Shown piece after piece: positions 36,922-49,191 of a stretch of DNA of 64,000 bases. The notes beneath the pieces are model-generated. The model was not told the DNA's origin. It ran no database searches and saw nothing but the letters and a program-made list of their open reading frames with translations. A program made the position numbers and the translations under genes. Where the stretch lies: the NCBI GenBank assembly GCA_905331295.1, contig CAJNYD010000035.1, forward strand, positions 372,001 to 436,000. Reading direction: 5' to 3'. Position 1 is the first letter of the stretch. Each line of letters opens with the position of its first letter. The DNA comes from Rotaria socialis. Taxonomy: Eukaryota.

Positions 36922-37943
36922 TATGTTAGTGAGAATATGTTTTATCGGTATTTTTGAATGAGGCTGAATTGTGGTGGTGGAAAGTGAGCATTAATGAAAC
37001 TCACTGTACATTTTCATTGTTGACCTTCTTAAGTATAAAATATTAAGGTAATATCATAGGCATGAGATTTTCTATAATTTTTAAAAGAGAACTATCTGGA
37101 AAGCTCGATCATTGTACACTAAATAACTATACATCAAGAAGTTCTTAAATCTCCTTGTGTATTTACTTTAACATATGAATAGGTTTACTGATGTAATACC
37201 CTAAGACTGACACTAGTACTCGTATACTCAACATAATAATAAAGAACTGGTTAACTATAGAAATAAAGCATATGAGTGAATTGCAACTTTTTGGTACAGT
37301 TCATGCGAACAGATGAAAGTGAACCAATACAATTTTTGAGTAGTGCATTTTATTACACTCGATGCCAGTAGTACACAAAAAATTTCCCAACACTTCATCG
37401 ATTATTAACGGAGATATGCCCCTTTTATAAATGTGTGACTTTTTCTACTTGTGGGCGATTCCATGCCAAAACAACCACACTTTGAAAGTTCAACATTTAT
37501 ATATAGCAGAAATCAGTACATGATCATAAATGGAATGGTCGATGCAGTTGTCACGAAAAATGAAATTTGTTTTTTATCCACCTGAAACATTGGAGAGGAG
37601 TATGGCAATTTCGAAAACAAATTTTCATTTTTCTGGAGAACCATGTCGAGGTTTCTATCTAGGCTCATGTCCTAATTCGTGCTAGGTACGATTTTTTGAA
37701 TAAAAATGGAAGCTAAAGAATAGTGCGCTTTTTTATGTTTGTACTGAATAAATTTTTCGGAAAAACTGTCCACATCGTGAACAATTTCGCTTTTGAGTTA
37801 ATAATTTTTTTCCCAAATGATACTCTATGATCGCTTCCCACGTAACTACGTCGAAAAAAAAGATTTTTGAATGACTTGTACTGAAAATATTTGCGAAAAG
37901 TTGCAATTCTACATACTTCTCTAAGAAGTCATTCTATATTTTC

Positions 37944-38270
37944 TAGTATACTGTAAATTTCTTCTGAATGGAAGATGATTCAGAGCTGAAAGTTTTATCA
38001 CTGATAGACCTTACCACTTGATATCTCGAGTAAAAATTTAAGCTGAATCACATGAATCGTTGGCGAGTTATAGAGCAAAAAAATTGTGATTCTACATGCT
38101 TTTTACAGTATAATGTAAATTTCTCCTGAATGGAAGATGATTCAGAGCTGAAAATTTTTATCTCTGATAGATCTTATCACTTTATATCTTGAATAAAAAT
38201 TTAAGTTGAATCGAATGCGTCATTGAAGAGTTATAAAGCATTCAATTTTCAAATTGTCATTCTACAAAGT
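37944..38270. repeat. Two diverged tandem copies of a ~163-bp unit
   Basis: gtaaatttct(t/c)ctgaatggaagatgattcagagctgaaa...tgataga...aaaatttaag(c/t)tgaatc...gagttata occurs at about 37953 and 38116. Confidence 0.85.
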
Positions 38271-40522
38271 GGATTTAATGACCTTTTCTTTCAGAAAGTC
38301 TTCTTATTTTTATCCATAAGCAAAGCTGACAACACAGAGTTTTTTCTTACCATTTTGTTACTCAAAGAGTTGTCTTTCTTTTCGTATAATCTCTGAGTCA
38401 TCAGCTTTATCACTGGTCGGGCTCTAATCACGTTTGTGTCATTCTACACAAAAATACAAAGTGTCTGCCAAATAATGTGAACGTTGGACGAGCAAGAGAA
38501 TGAGGTATAGAATTTAAATCCATAATATACGTGAAGTCGATGACAACGAAGTAAGACTGAGAAATAAAATCGTAAAAGATATCTATTGTGTTCTAAATAG
38601 TTCTAAAATTTTACCATAATCAATTCAGCCTATTCACTCGAAACATGTTAAAAAGATTCATATACAAGAGATAGCAAAATTCGATGTCTTGCATGAAATA
38701 ACTTATTTTTACTTCAGAAAATAATGCCAAAAATGAAAAAGGCATAATTTAAATATCAATACTAATATTGTAGCTGATTATAAATTACAGGTTAATCAAA
38801 TAATTTTCAAAATTTTCTACTTTGTGATGTACGTGTTGGTGCAGCTATATCTACTTTCTTTTACTGTGACTTGTATTGGTAAAGTAAAATGAAATATCAT
38901 TTCTTCTTTCGTTTATCCTCTTTTACTTAATATTTCAATGTTTTTGACAAAGAAGCTCGAGATTTTCTTTTCTGAAGATGTCAACATTTATTCAGCTACT
39001 TCTGTTTGAGCAATCATTTGAGTGCAGATTAAATGTGAAGATTCGTAATCTGTGAAAAGCCATTTGATGCTGAAATATCAATATATATGCATCATTTTAT
39101 TGTATTCAGCTTTATGTATGTTCTATACTTCGCTATTAATGAAGAAAAGATTTTGAATGATTAGTCATATCGCCAAATATTATCAATTGTTGATCGTAAG
39201 CTAAGAAATGAATTATGAGCTTCCCCTGAATATATGACTTTACTTTTTCAAAGTAAAATAAACATAGAGTGCCACCCCTATTTGTAATCAATAAAATTTA
39301 AGTAAACATTTTGTTCTTATGAAACTTAATTTCAAGAAAATTCTATTAACTGACATTTTCATTTTTTCACACAAGTATTTCATATCGGTTACTCAGTTCT
39401 CTCTCTCTCTCTCTCTTATCTACAGTTGATTGATCAAGAATTTTATTCTAACGAAAGTGGTCTTCGATACAATCAAAGATAGTGGCGATTATTTTTGCCT
39501 GGCTTCTGTGTCTGAATTATCTCAAAAAGGAAATAAAATCAATTTCCACAAAAAGCTGTGTTTTTGAATAATGTTCGATTACATGATGGAACATTGCATT
39601 GAAAATCAAAGCAAAACAAATGGCATTTATTCAATCATAAAATTGTATCTTCGTGTTTGAACAATTGTTCTCTAACTTTCTACGATCGAAACTATCCTTG
39701 CAAAAAATTAGAAAATTGAAATGCTTATATCAAACTTGAAATAAGGGGTAAACAAATTCTCTGACGGCTGCATGAGTAGTGCGCTCCGCATGGAATTCAT
39801 AACATTTTCAATTGTTTAGTAAAACAAATAGTAGAAGCAGTGAGTAGTTATTTTCTTCATCACTATAAAATAATTTCTGAATACGAAAAGTGTAATAAAT
39901 ACTTTCGTAGCTTTTATTATGCTGTGCTGCTTTTACAGTATATAGTAGTTTATTCAACTTTCAATGCATTACGTAGATTCCTGTAAAAGAACTCCATGGC
40001 CTTAGTTTCTAGTAAATATAACACAATAAAGTTCGGATATGGCACCCATTTTTATTCTATATTTAAAAACAAATTTTGTCTTTTTTCAGTTCTTTCTCGA
40101 AAAAAAACAACAACAAACGAAAACGTATTTGCTGCACAAACACAATTATTAAATTATAGTAATAAAAGAGAATCGAGCAAACAAAATTACCATTACAAAA
40201 AAGTAAGTAGTGAGTTTTTTTCGGCATAAATTTCATGATTATGTGATACGAAATATTTGTTCTTTTTTTGCAAGTTTACTCATTGTCAATCTCATAAAAT
40301 TCAGAGCTATAAAACATGCTGCTTATTCATTGTTTGATTTTGTTATAATTTTATTCTGTAAAAGTATGGTGCGTAAGAAAAAAACTCTATCGTACTCATT
40401 ATCATTCAGAATAGATAAGAAACGTCTTTTGCATACAGCTGTCACACTCTCTTGAAGTAGAATAAATAGATACACAGAAAAATAAATATCAATCATTTTA
40501 GATAATAATTCAAAACGAAACA

Positions 40523-41488
40523 ATGAGTCATTCCAGTAGCACATCTTCAACACACAGTACAACCGGTCGTGCTCATTACAAGGCAACGAGAACTGTAACA
40601 GGTCCTGATGGAAAGACACATACTGAAACGATTGATGTGTATGATGATGATGCTGTTAAGGTGAGTTTATTATATAGTAACATGTAATTATAGTAATCTT
40701 TGTTTTTTTTCTTCATATTTTATAATACTAGCTTATGCGAGATTTACGATCCAACCAAGATAATGTACCTGATTTAGATGGATTTGGATTTCGTCCATTG
40801 ACCAATCCATCAAATTTTTCTCAATTAGATCAACGTATTAATCGAGGAAAACGATCACCAAAATCCACGTCATCTTCTTCGACATCCTCGGCAACAGCTA
40901 CACCTCACGATTCAACTGTAGGTCAAAATAACAAAGAATTTTTGCAAGATGCATTGGAAATTCATAATAGTCTAAGACTACGTCATGGTGTGGAACCTTT
41001 ACGTTTAAATGATGATTTATTGAAGTTAGCTCAAACATGGGGTATTTAAATTGATAAAAATCTTTTTCTTTTTCTTTTTCTAATCTGCCATAGATTGAAA
41101 CTTTTATTTTAGCTGATCATTTAGCATCCACGGGAGCACTTGTTCATAGTAAAACAAAATATCGAAATGTGAATGTTGGTGAAAATCTTCGTTGCCAATC
41201 ATGGCCAATCACAGGTTTTATTTGCCTATATTATTTGTCTCATTTGAATTTTTCTATTTAGGTAAAGAAATGACAGAAGCATGGTATAATGAATGCACTA
41301 AATATGATTATCGTAATCCTTCGTATCAACCAGGAACTGGCCATTTTACACAAGTTGTATGGAAAGGTTCACAAGAAGTCGGCTTTGCACGAGCACAGGG
41401 TGCATCAATGATTTTCGCTGTAGCTATGTATTATCCGCCAGGAAATTATGTTGATGATTTCGACAGAAATGTGTTTTCTCCACACTGA
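40523..41488 (+). CDS. CAP/SCP superfamily protein, GAPR-1/GLIPR2-like, 4 exons
   Basis: ALEIHNSLRLRHGVEPLRLN...AQTWADHLA...HS...VGENL...WYNECTKYDY...TGHFTQVVWKGSQEVGFA...VAMYYPPGN. No signal peptide. Confidence 0.92.
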
Positions 41489-41550
41489 AAACTGTAACTC
41501 ATATTCTTTTTTTTTCAAAATTTTGTATATGATATTATTCATTGTGAGAA

Positions 41551-41920
41551 TTATTTGACAAGCAAATAAATTATAAAGAAAGAAAATAGAGAAAAAAATA
41601 TCAAATATAAATAGAGTTTCCAAGTATAACGTTGAGGTAGTTGTGTTATATGACGACGTGCTTGCCCGATTTGACCAATGATATAATCAAACATTTTTTG
41701 ATATTCCTAAATCAAAAGAAACTATATCACTATATCAATGAGAAGTATATGCTTCTATGCAAACCGGTAAATCAGTATTTTGACATGTTATTTCATCACT
41801 AATTTTCACTACTATCTCTTTAAGTTCTGCAACTTTTGAATCAAGTTGTTCAGTTCGATGTTTGAGATACAAATCATTTGTATCTCTTGAATACATATTC
41901 GGAAATAATACATCGACCAT
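41551..41920 (-). CDS. BET1: BET1-like Qc-SNARE, 2 exons (41765-41920, 41551-41706)
   Basis: Spliced: MVDVLFPNMYSRDTNDLYLKHRTEQLDSKVAELKEIVVKISDEITCQNTDLP|EYQKMFDYIIGQIGQARRHITQLPQRYTWKLYLYLIFFSLFSFFIIYLLVK*. It has SNARE heptads with a Q layer and a C-terminal TM resembling human BET1 (LFSLFVFFIIY). Confidence 0.8.
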
Positions 41921-41980
41921 TTTGAACTAATAAAACTGACGAAAGAAACGGAGCGTTGAGAAAAACATCACCGTCAAACT

Positions 41981-41992
41981 TGCCACGTCATC
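41981..41992 (-). promoter_or_regulatory. UPRE / XBP1-CREB3(CrebA)-type site upstream of the BET1-like gene
   Basis: GATGACGTGGCA on the - strand, ~60 nt upstream of the ATG. Confidence 0.55.
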
Positions 41993-42598
41993 TTTTTTCA
42001 TTTTTCCTACTTGATGATTCATTATTACAAAATCATTTTATTACATAAACTCTCTTTTTCAACTTCATATAATAGAGAATAATAACAAAAGGGAAGAAAA
42101 CGAAAATTTAACCACACGTCTAACAACAAACAGCAGTAGTAATTAATAATAATAATAATAATAATAATAAGTAATAGTAGCGATAATTGCCGGCAAAAAC
42201 AAAATTTGAAATCAGATTATCGTTCGAATAAGTAAATCGAAACAAAGAAGAAAAAAAAGAAACAAAGCTGTACAAGAAGAGCACATAAATGAGATACATC
42301 TTCGTCCTAGTTTTCAAAAATTAGCATCACAAAACTTGATATGAGAAAAGAAAGAAATAAAGTCAAATTCACAAACAAACCAAATTGTCTAATCGCTATA
42401 TGTACATGTTTTTTCATTGTATATTATATTTCGAAATAAGGAATGTTGTAATGCTGACCAGCAGCATTCAATCAAGCAATGAGAATATTTTACTGTTCAC
42501 AGAAGCAACAAAGGACGGATAATCACAACTGTCAGTAGAAGATCATTATTCATTCACAGTAGAAAAGAAAAATATACAAGTTCGTTACATTTTCTTTT

Positions 42599-45500
42599 CT
42601 ATTTGCCACCGCTACCACCAAATAATCTTCGTTCTTTTAATTTTGTCATACTCGATGAACGTAATCGATTTCCGCTATGAACTGAATGCTGAAAAGATGT
42701 TGTTTGTTGAGCTAAAAGTCGTTCACGAATTCGATCGAGATCAGCATGTTTAAGCTCTTTCAATTTTGCTTTCAAATGATCACGATCTTTACTTGATTTT
42801 ATACCCATTGCCTGTCAACAAGTCAATAGTGTAAATCAAAATCATGGAGACGATTATTTATTTTCCTACCTTCATTTTTGTACTATCAAGTAATAAAAGT
42901 TTTTCTCCATCAATATTACGACTGAGAAATATTGGAATGAAGGATGTCATTTCGTGAGCAGTCAACCATTGAATACACTGATCCGATGTCCAATCTTTTA
43001 CTTCAACGAACTTTAAAATGAAAACAATAAATAAAATATTCATATATTCCTTTGCTTCACTTTTTAGTTTTACCTCATCAGCATCAGTGTTATTATTTTT
43101 GTTATTTGTTGAAGGTTCTAAATTTAGAATAAATTAATATCGATCATAGCATAGTTTATGTGAATCCAAAAGGAAACCTTTTTTGTTCAATCTTCTGCTC
43201 CGTCCAGAGTCCTACAAATATAGACGGCTAACGAGAGTTGAACATCACCTGACGTAAAACTTTATGATTGAAACTAATTGAGAATCTAGTATCGTTATTT
43301 ATTTTTATACTTAGCTACCCATATTTTAGTGTTAAGATTAAAATTATGATTGATATTTATGTAAATCTATCAGTACAGCTGAGACTTCGAGACAATAATA
43401 CAATCTACTATCTATGTCATCATGCTTGTTAATTTGATTTTTTATTTCGTTGATTCAAAATTAAAATAGACGAGACGTGAAATTATGTATTCAAAGACTA
43501 AAATTATGTTTTTGAAAATTTGTCGTCATGTTCTCATTTGTTTCATTTTTTATTAAAAACAAATAATCTTAATAATTAAACACTGACGAAAAACACATCA
43601 AAAGTAATTGTAATCTAAAAACAAACTAGTTCATTAGTATAGATATCTGAATTACTAGATTTAGTATGTTTTTCGCATCTGGTCAATGTCACTAATCTAA
43701 TGGAGATCTACAAGAGATTATGATAACTCGGTTCCCTTTTCAAACATGACAATGAATGTTAATGCGTATTTGATAGGGGTGAAAACAAACTTTTTAATTT
43801 TTTTGGATCAAGTCTAAACATTGCATAAATATCGTGGAAACAATTAATTGCATATATTTTCAAGAATTTTATAAAACTACTAATTTAAACACTTTTTGTG
43901 TTCACTGACAGAACTACACAATTTGGCAGTCTATTATCTGAATACTATAAAAATTCTATCTTAAATGAATCTATATTCAATTGTCTTAAGACAAAGAAAA
44001 AGTTTCCATTAAGTTTTGCTTCAATTAATAAATATCCTGATCGGTGTTGCTTGCAGATATATAAAAAGTTCAGTGTTAAGCATAATTTTTTGTGAAATTT
44101 GTTAGAGAATAATTATTTCTATCACACTGGATATGCCAACGTCTCTTATATGAATAAATGAATGCACGCGTATCATCTCCGCATCAAAAGAATGTGAGAA
44201 AAATCTACTTGTGAAACGACGATTGCTCCTCCTACTGATACTTTCTTTTTGAGCTCATATTTTATTTATAAAGGAGACATATTTTAGAGGAAAAATCTTA
44301 AAAGCGTTATTAATCTTAGATCATTCTTTTCATCTTATTACACTATATGGCTCAAAAATATAAAAAAGGAATTTTCACTTGAGGTTATCCTCACAATGAC
44401 GAATATCACGACTTTTATGATATCGTGAATATTTCAATTCAAATCGATAGTTTTCTGTTAAATTATGTAACATTCAAAATGAAAGACAATTATTAATTTG
44501 AGTTGAAAGTTTCTTCACATATTAAATACACTAAAAATACTGGAAATTCAACGAAATCGTGATATTCCATGAAAACCCAAGAAAACGACCTTTTCAAAGG
44601 TTTCTCACTATAATGTAACTCCTACCTATGATCAAACTATGAAATACAAAAAGAAGGAGAGAGTAATTCAAAGGATTCTTTCGTTAAAACGTCAATAACT
44701 CATTATTCTTACGCTTCTTAATTCGATAGAGACTTGAATAAATCCATAAGCTCGCTCACTGTAATATAATTCAATGAATGTCTTCTACAAGCCTCATTCG
44801 CTTTAATAGAATAGAAAAAGTCGATCATACTTATTATTGTTTGCTCGATCGATGGAACTTTTGAAATTAAATTTTTATTATCTGTATCATTATCATCACG
44901 ATTAGAAGCTTCATCGAGTAATGGATTTGATAAACGTTTTGATGGTAAATTTCTTGGGCGTGCTTTAGCGATGTGACTTTTATCCATTTGTATACTATGA
45001 TTGAGTAGTGGACTACGATCAACTTCAAAATCAGATTGATTAGTCATTCTGTTATTGATATTAATAGTAGTCGTGTTTGAGATTTTTTCAAATGATGTTG
45101 CTGGTAATCGTATTGATGACGTTGCAGGTGTATTTCGACTTGGTGGACGCTCAGGAGAAAGAACGTGTTGACCAGAACTTGTACGCGATCGAATCGGTAT
45201 ACGTTCAGGTATATCTGGTGGACGTAATACAACACATTCAGAACTTGTACTTGGTAATTTGGTACTACGTGTTAGAAGTGAAGAATTTTCTATGACTTGT
45301 TCAGAATTTGATACTGAATTAGTCATCGTTTTTTCAAGTTCTTCAATCTAGAACAAAAACCAATCTCTTATTATAACTAAATACGAAGAACAATAAACAA
45401 TACGAACTTTTTTAATTAATTCTAAAATTCGTTTTTGTTGTTGTTCATTTTTTTCCATTTGTTGAGATTGTTGCTCTCGTGATTCAATTTCACTAAAATA

Positions 45501-48500
45501 AAGACAGTGAATGAGGAATGAATGATTTCTTCTACATGAACATCAGAACATAGTTCTTTTGTATAGCCCCAAAATTCTTCTTATTCACTGAACAAAAAAC
45601 GCAAAAAATAAGCAGTACAAACATATATGATTTTCTGATTTTCACCTTCACCTAATTTACGTACATAAAATTTGATTCTTTTATTCAAAAGTTAAAAGAA
45701 AATGTACACAAAAGGTGATTCGTTCAAAGAAAAAACCCTCTTTTCTACATACCGATCTTGTAATTCTTTGATTAATTTTTTAGCTTTTAAATATTTTTCT
45801 TCAATATGTTCAAAATCTTTTTTAGTTTGTTCATAATTTTTCTAGAAAAAAAAAGAATAAAACTTTTGATAATTTCAATTAAGTGATAAGACATAAAAAC
45901 AAACTTGAAAATATTCTTTTTCTTTTTCAGCATTTGCTAGAGATTTTTCTAATGATTCATAACGTTGTTTAAGTATTTCAAATTCATACACCTTTTGAGA
46001 TTGTTCATTAGATTGCTTCTCGGTCATGGCCCATATTTGCTAAAAAAACAAAAAATAATTAGTTTTGAAAATAGCAAACTAAAATAGCTGTGTATAATTT
46101 TAAAATACTTCATAATTCTTTTCATGTGCTTTAGCTAATTCATGATGATGATTTGTTTGTATATCATTATTATTATCATTATTATCATCATCAAATTTGG
46201 TATGATCAGTATTATCATTGAATTCAAAATTCGAAAAACCATCATCTTGTAAATGTTGATCATTATACGCATCATGATGATGCTGTAGTGCTCGTGACAT
46301 TTCATTACGTTCTTGATCCATTTGTAATGACTGTTGAATAAGACGAAGGATTTCAGAATTTTCAACATCTTTTTCACGACCAATTACAAATCTTAAAATT
46401 TTTTGTTTAATTAGAAATTGATAAAAGACAACGTTTAATTAATGTGCAACTTACCTAACTGAACCTGATGTTGCTTTAAGTACATTTGTTGCATAGGTAT
46501 GTGTTACACCAACAAGTGAATGATCATCAACTTCAATGATTTGATCGCCTATTTGTATTCTAAAATAGAACGAAGTGAAAATTTATCAAGCTATGGTTTC
46601 AGATCTGTTCAATGATATTCTAGAGTGACATTTTATGATTGGCATAACCAGGCGGAAACTTCCACTTCTACATTGATCAACAGGGTTGAGTTCCGTTCAG
46701 GACCCCCTACAATTTTTCTCTGATTACGCCACTACACCAAACGATGAATGTCATGATTTCTATTATCCACTCTGAATCAAGAACTATAATAGACATAAAT
46801 GTCTATCATGCTTTCTACAGTCAAAAAATCCTATAATAATATTACATGAACATATAATTTATTTAGAACTCTTACAGTAATCTCTATCGCTTTGATAACA
46901 GTTTAGTTTTGATTCATGTGTTTAAGAAGATACTAGAGATTAAGTTAAACTATTTCACAATTATATTCGTAAATAATATATGAAGATTACTTGATAGTTA
47001 TGGTATATTCTTGTCGAAACTCATGTTTGTAAGAAGAATTCTGAAGTTTTTAGGTCGAGTTTTTTTTTCTTTGAATTCGCATAGAATATTTAAATTTGGA
47101 AAATCTTTCAAGTTTCAGCATCGATTGAGACTTATATTTGAAGAAAAATAAAAATTATTGTGACCTACCGTCCATCTTGGGCAATAACACCTTGAGGATT
47201 AAGAGATTTAACAAAAATACCCAATTTTTCTAAGCCACTATCAGCACCTACGCCCATTCCCAAAACACTAAAAAATAAGTATTAAATTTCGATCTTTAAT
47301 ACTATATAATAATATACCTGATACCAAGACCATCGGTTCCTATAAAACATACAAAAATGATTAGGAAAATACTATTCGCTATTGAAATAAGAGACAAATA
47401 CCTTTTTCAATTTCAACATTAAAAACATGCATTTTTTCAATGCGTTTTTCTAATTCATATTCAGCTGATGCTGAAAATGGATCAATATCATCATTTCGTC
47501 GATTATATTCACTTGGTGAATACGTTGGATATACCTAAAACAATTATCAATAATCTCATTTTTCCTCAAAAAAAAAAAAATCTTACTCGAATTGGTGCAT
47601 TACTAAATTTAACTCGTCTAGTACCATTCGGTGACAATACTAAATCATCATTATCATTATCATTCATTTCTGGTATGCCCGGCTTTTCATAAAAGATCGG
47701 CGATGACGACGTACTATCTTCATTAACATAATCAACATCTGAATGGATAAAAATTAAATAAACAATTAATCAAAAAGAAAAATCTTGTTGTTTACTATTA
47801 AGCATCGGATTTTCAATCCATTTTTGTTCGACTTCTTGTTGTTGATCTGGAATAAAATGATTATTTTCAGGTTTATCTTCAATTCTTATAGGCGATTCTA
47901 GTTTATCATTCTCTGAAAATGATAATTTTGGTAATGAACGATCCATTGATGTTGGCTTAATAAATACTGTATTTAGATGATCCATACGTTTAAGAATATT
48001 CGATGGTAAAATTGATGCAACAATACGATTCGCTATTTCTTCATTCGATGGTTTTGGTATGTCATGCATTAAATCATGTTCATCACGTTGATGTTTTTTT
48101 AATTGTTCAATGGCATCAGCTGGAAAATCATAATGTTGATCTGAATTTATTTGCTTTCGATTCACTGTAGCATAATGTACATCATCGTTTGAAACGAACG
48201 GAATCGGTGATTGTTGTTGTTGTTGTTCGTGCTGATATTGTGGCATTGTTGTTGATACTGGTACAGTTCGATGAATTGGAATTGACGTTATTGATCGATC
48301 AGAGTGTGTAGGAGAAGGTAAAGATGATGTACCAATAAATTGTACTGGTATATCACGAATGCGATTAGAATTTGAATCATGACTTTTCGGTGAATATTCA
48401 ATATGATGATGATTTTGTTGTTGTTGTTGTTGTCTATGATCAATAATAAGATCAGGAATATGTTCTGTATTTAGTTTTGAAATATCTATTTTTTGTTTAT

Positions 48501-49191
48501 CAATCATAAAATCTGGTTGATATAGATCATCATTGAATGGTTCATTTTGCTTTGTTGCTACTGTTGTTGTTGTTGTTGTTGTTAATGAAATTGTTGTACG
48601 TGCTGCTTCTTCTTCTAATGTTTGAAACATTTCTCTTGCTTTACGAAAACGTACTGTATGATCTTCATTTGCATTACTTTTTGTTGGTGGATTTTCGGTC
48701 ATTGCTAAGGATGATATACCATTACGCATTGAATTCATATTTGATTTATTATTGTCCAGTACCCGTGGATTAGATAAACTTCTACTACGCTCAATAATTG
48801 TGGATGATGATGTTGTTGCTAATGGTAATAGTTGTGTTGGTGGTGATACAGAAATTTCATCAGCACCGTCGCCTAAACCACGTGTTGGTGAACTAAGACC
48901 TTCATGATGATTGCCGTAACGAGATCGATGTTCGCCAGATTTTAAATCATTCAATGTTAATGCATACTGATTAAATACACTACGTAATCGACTTACATGA
49001 CCAATATATTTATTTGTAGCATTCGGATGGTTACTGCTGTTGTTATTATTGTTATTTGGTGATGTACGACTGTGATGAATTGCAGTATTATTATTAGAAT
49101 CTGCCGTTGGCGAATCAACGATAAGATTTGATGCTGATTCAGTATGGGTAAAAAGAGACGGGACAGCTGGTTGGATGAGGATGTCCGCCAT
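42599..49191 (-). CDS. PPP1R9A: Neurabin/spinophilin (PPP1R9) ortholog: actin-binding-like N-terminus, PP1-binding RVxF, PDZ, coiled coil, SAM
   Basis: HVSRLRSVF and [16 protein letters not shown], then [17 protein letters not shown]...[68 protein letters not shown]...[10 protein letters not shown]...[13 protein letters not shown]. Confidence 0.92.
46637..46734. mobile_element. Tiny degenerate MITE (hAT-like ends) in a neurabin intron
   Basis: tggcataaccag ... ctgattacgcca form an imperfect inverted repeat. A similar end (ctggttacgcccct) occurs at about 24810. Confidence 0.4.

Larger units (their letters stand above)
35962..39280. mobile_element. Non-autonomous hAT-like DNA transposon (3.3 kb) with nested repeats
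   Basis: TIRs TAGAGGTGGCACT ... AGTGCCACCCCTA. Flanks gttgtaat / tttgtaat give a 7/8 match to an 8-bp TSD. Subterminal (AGTAA)n repeats are present and no transposase ORF is seen. Confidence 0.8.

Noticed and set aside
41632..41653. let-7-like sequence tgaggtagttgtgttatatga
   Set aside because: It is the antisense of BET1 codons (HITQLPQ), and the putative hairpin is poorly paired with an oversized loop.
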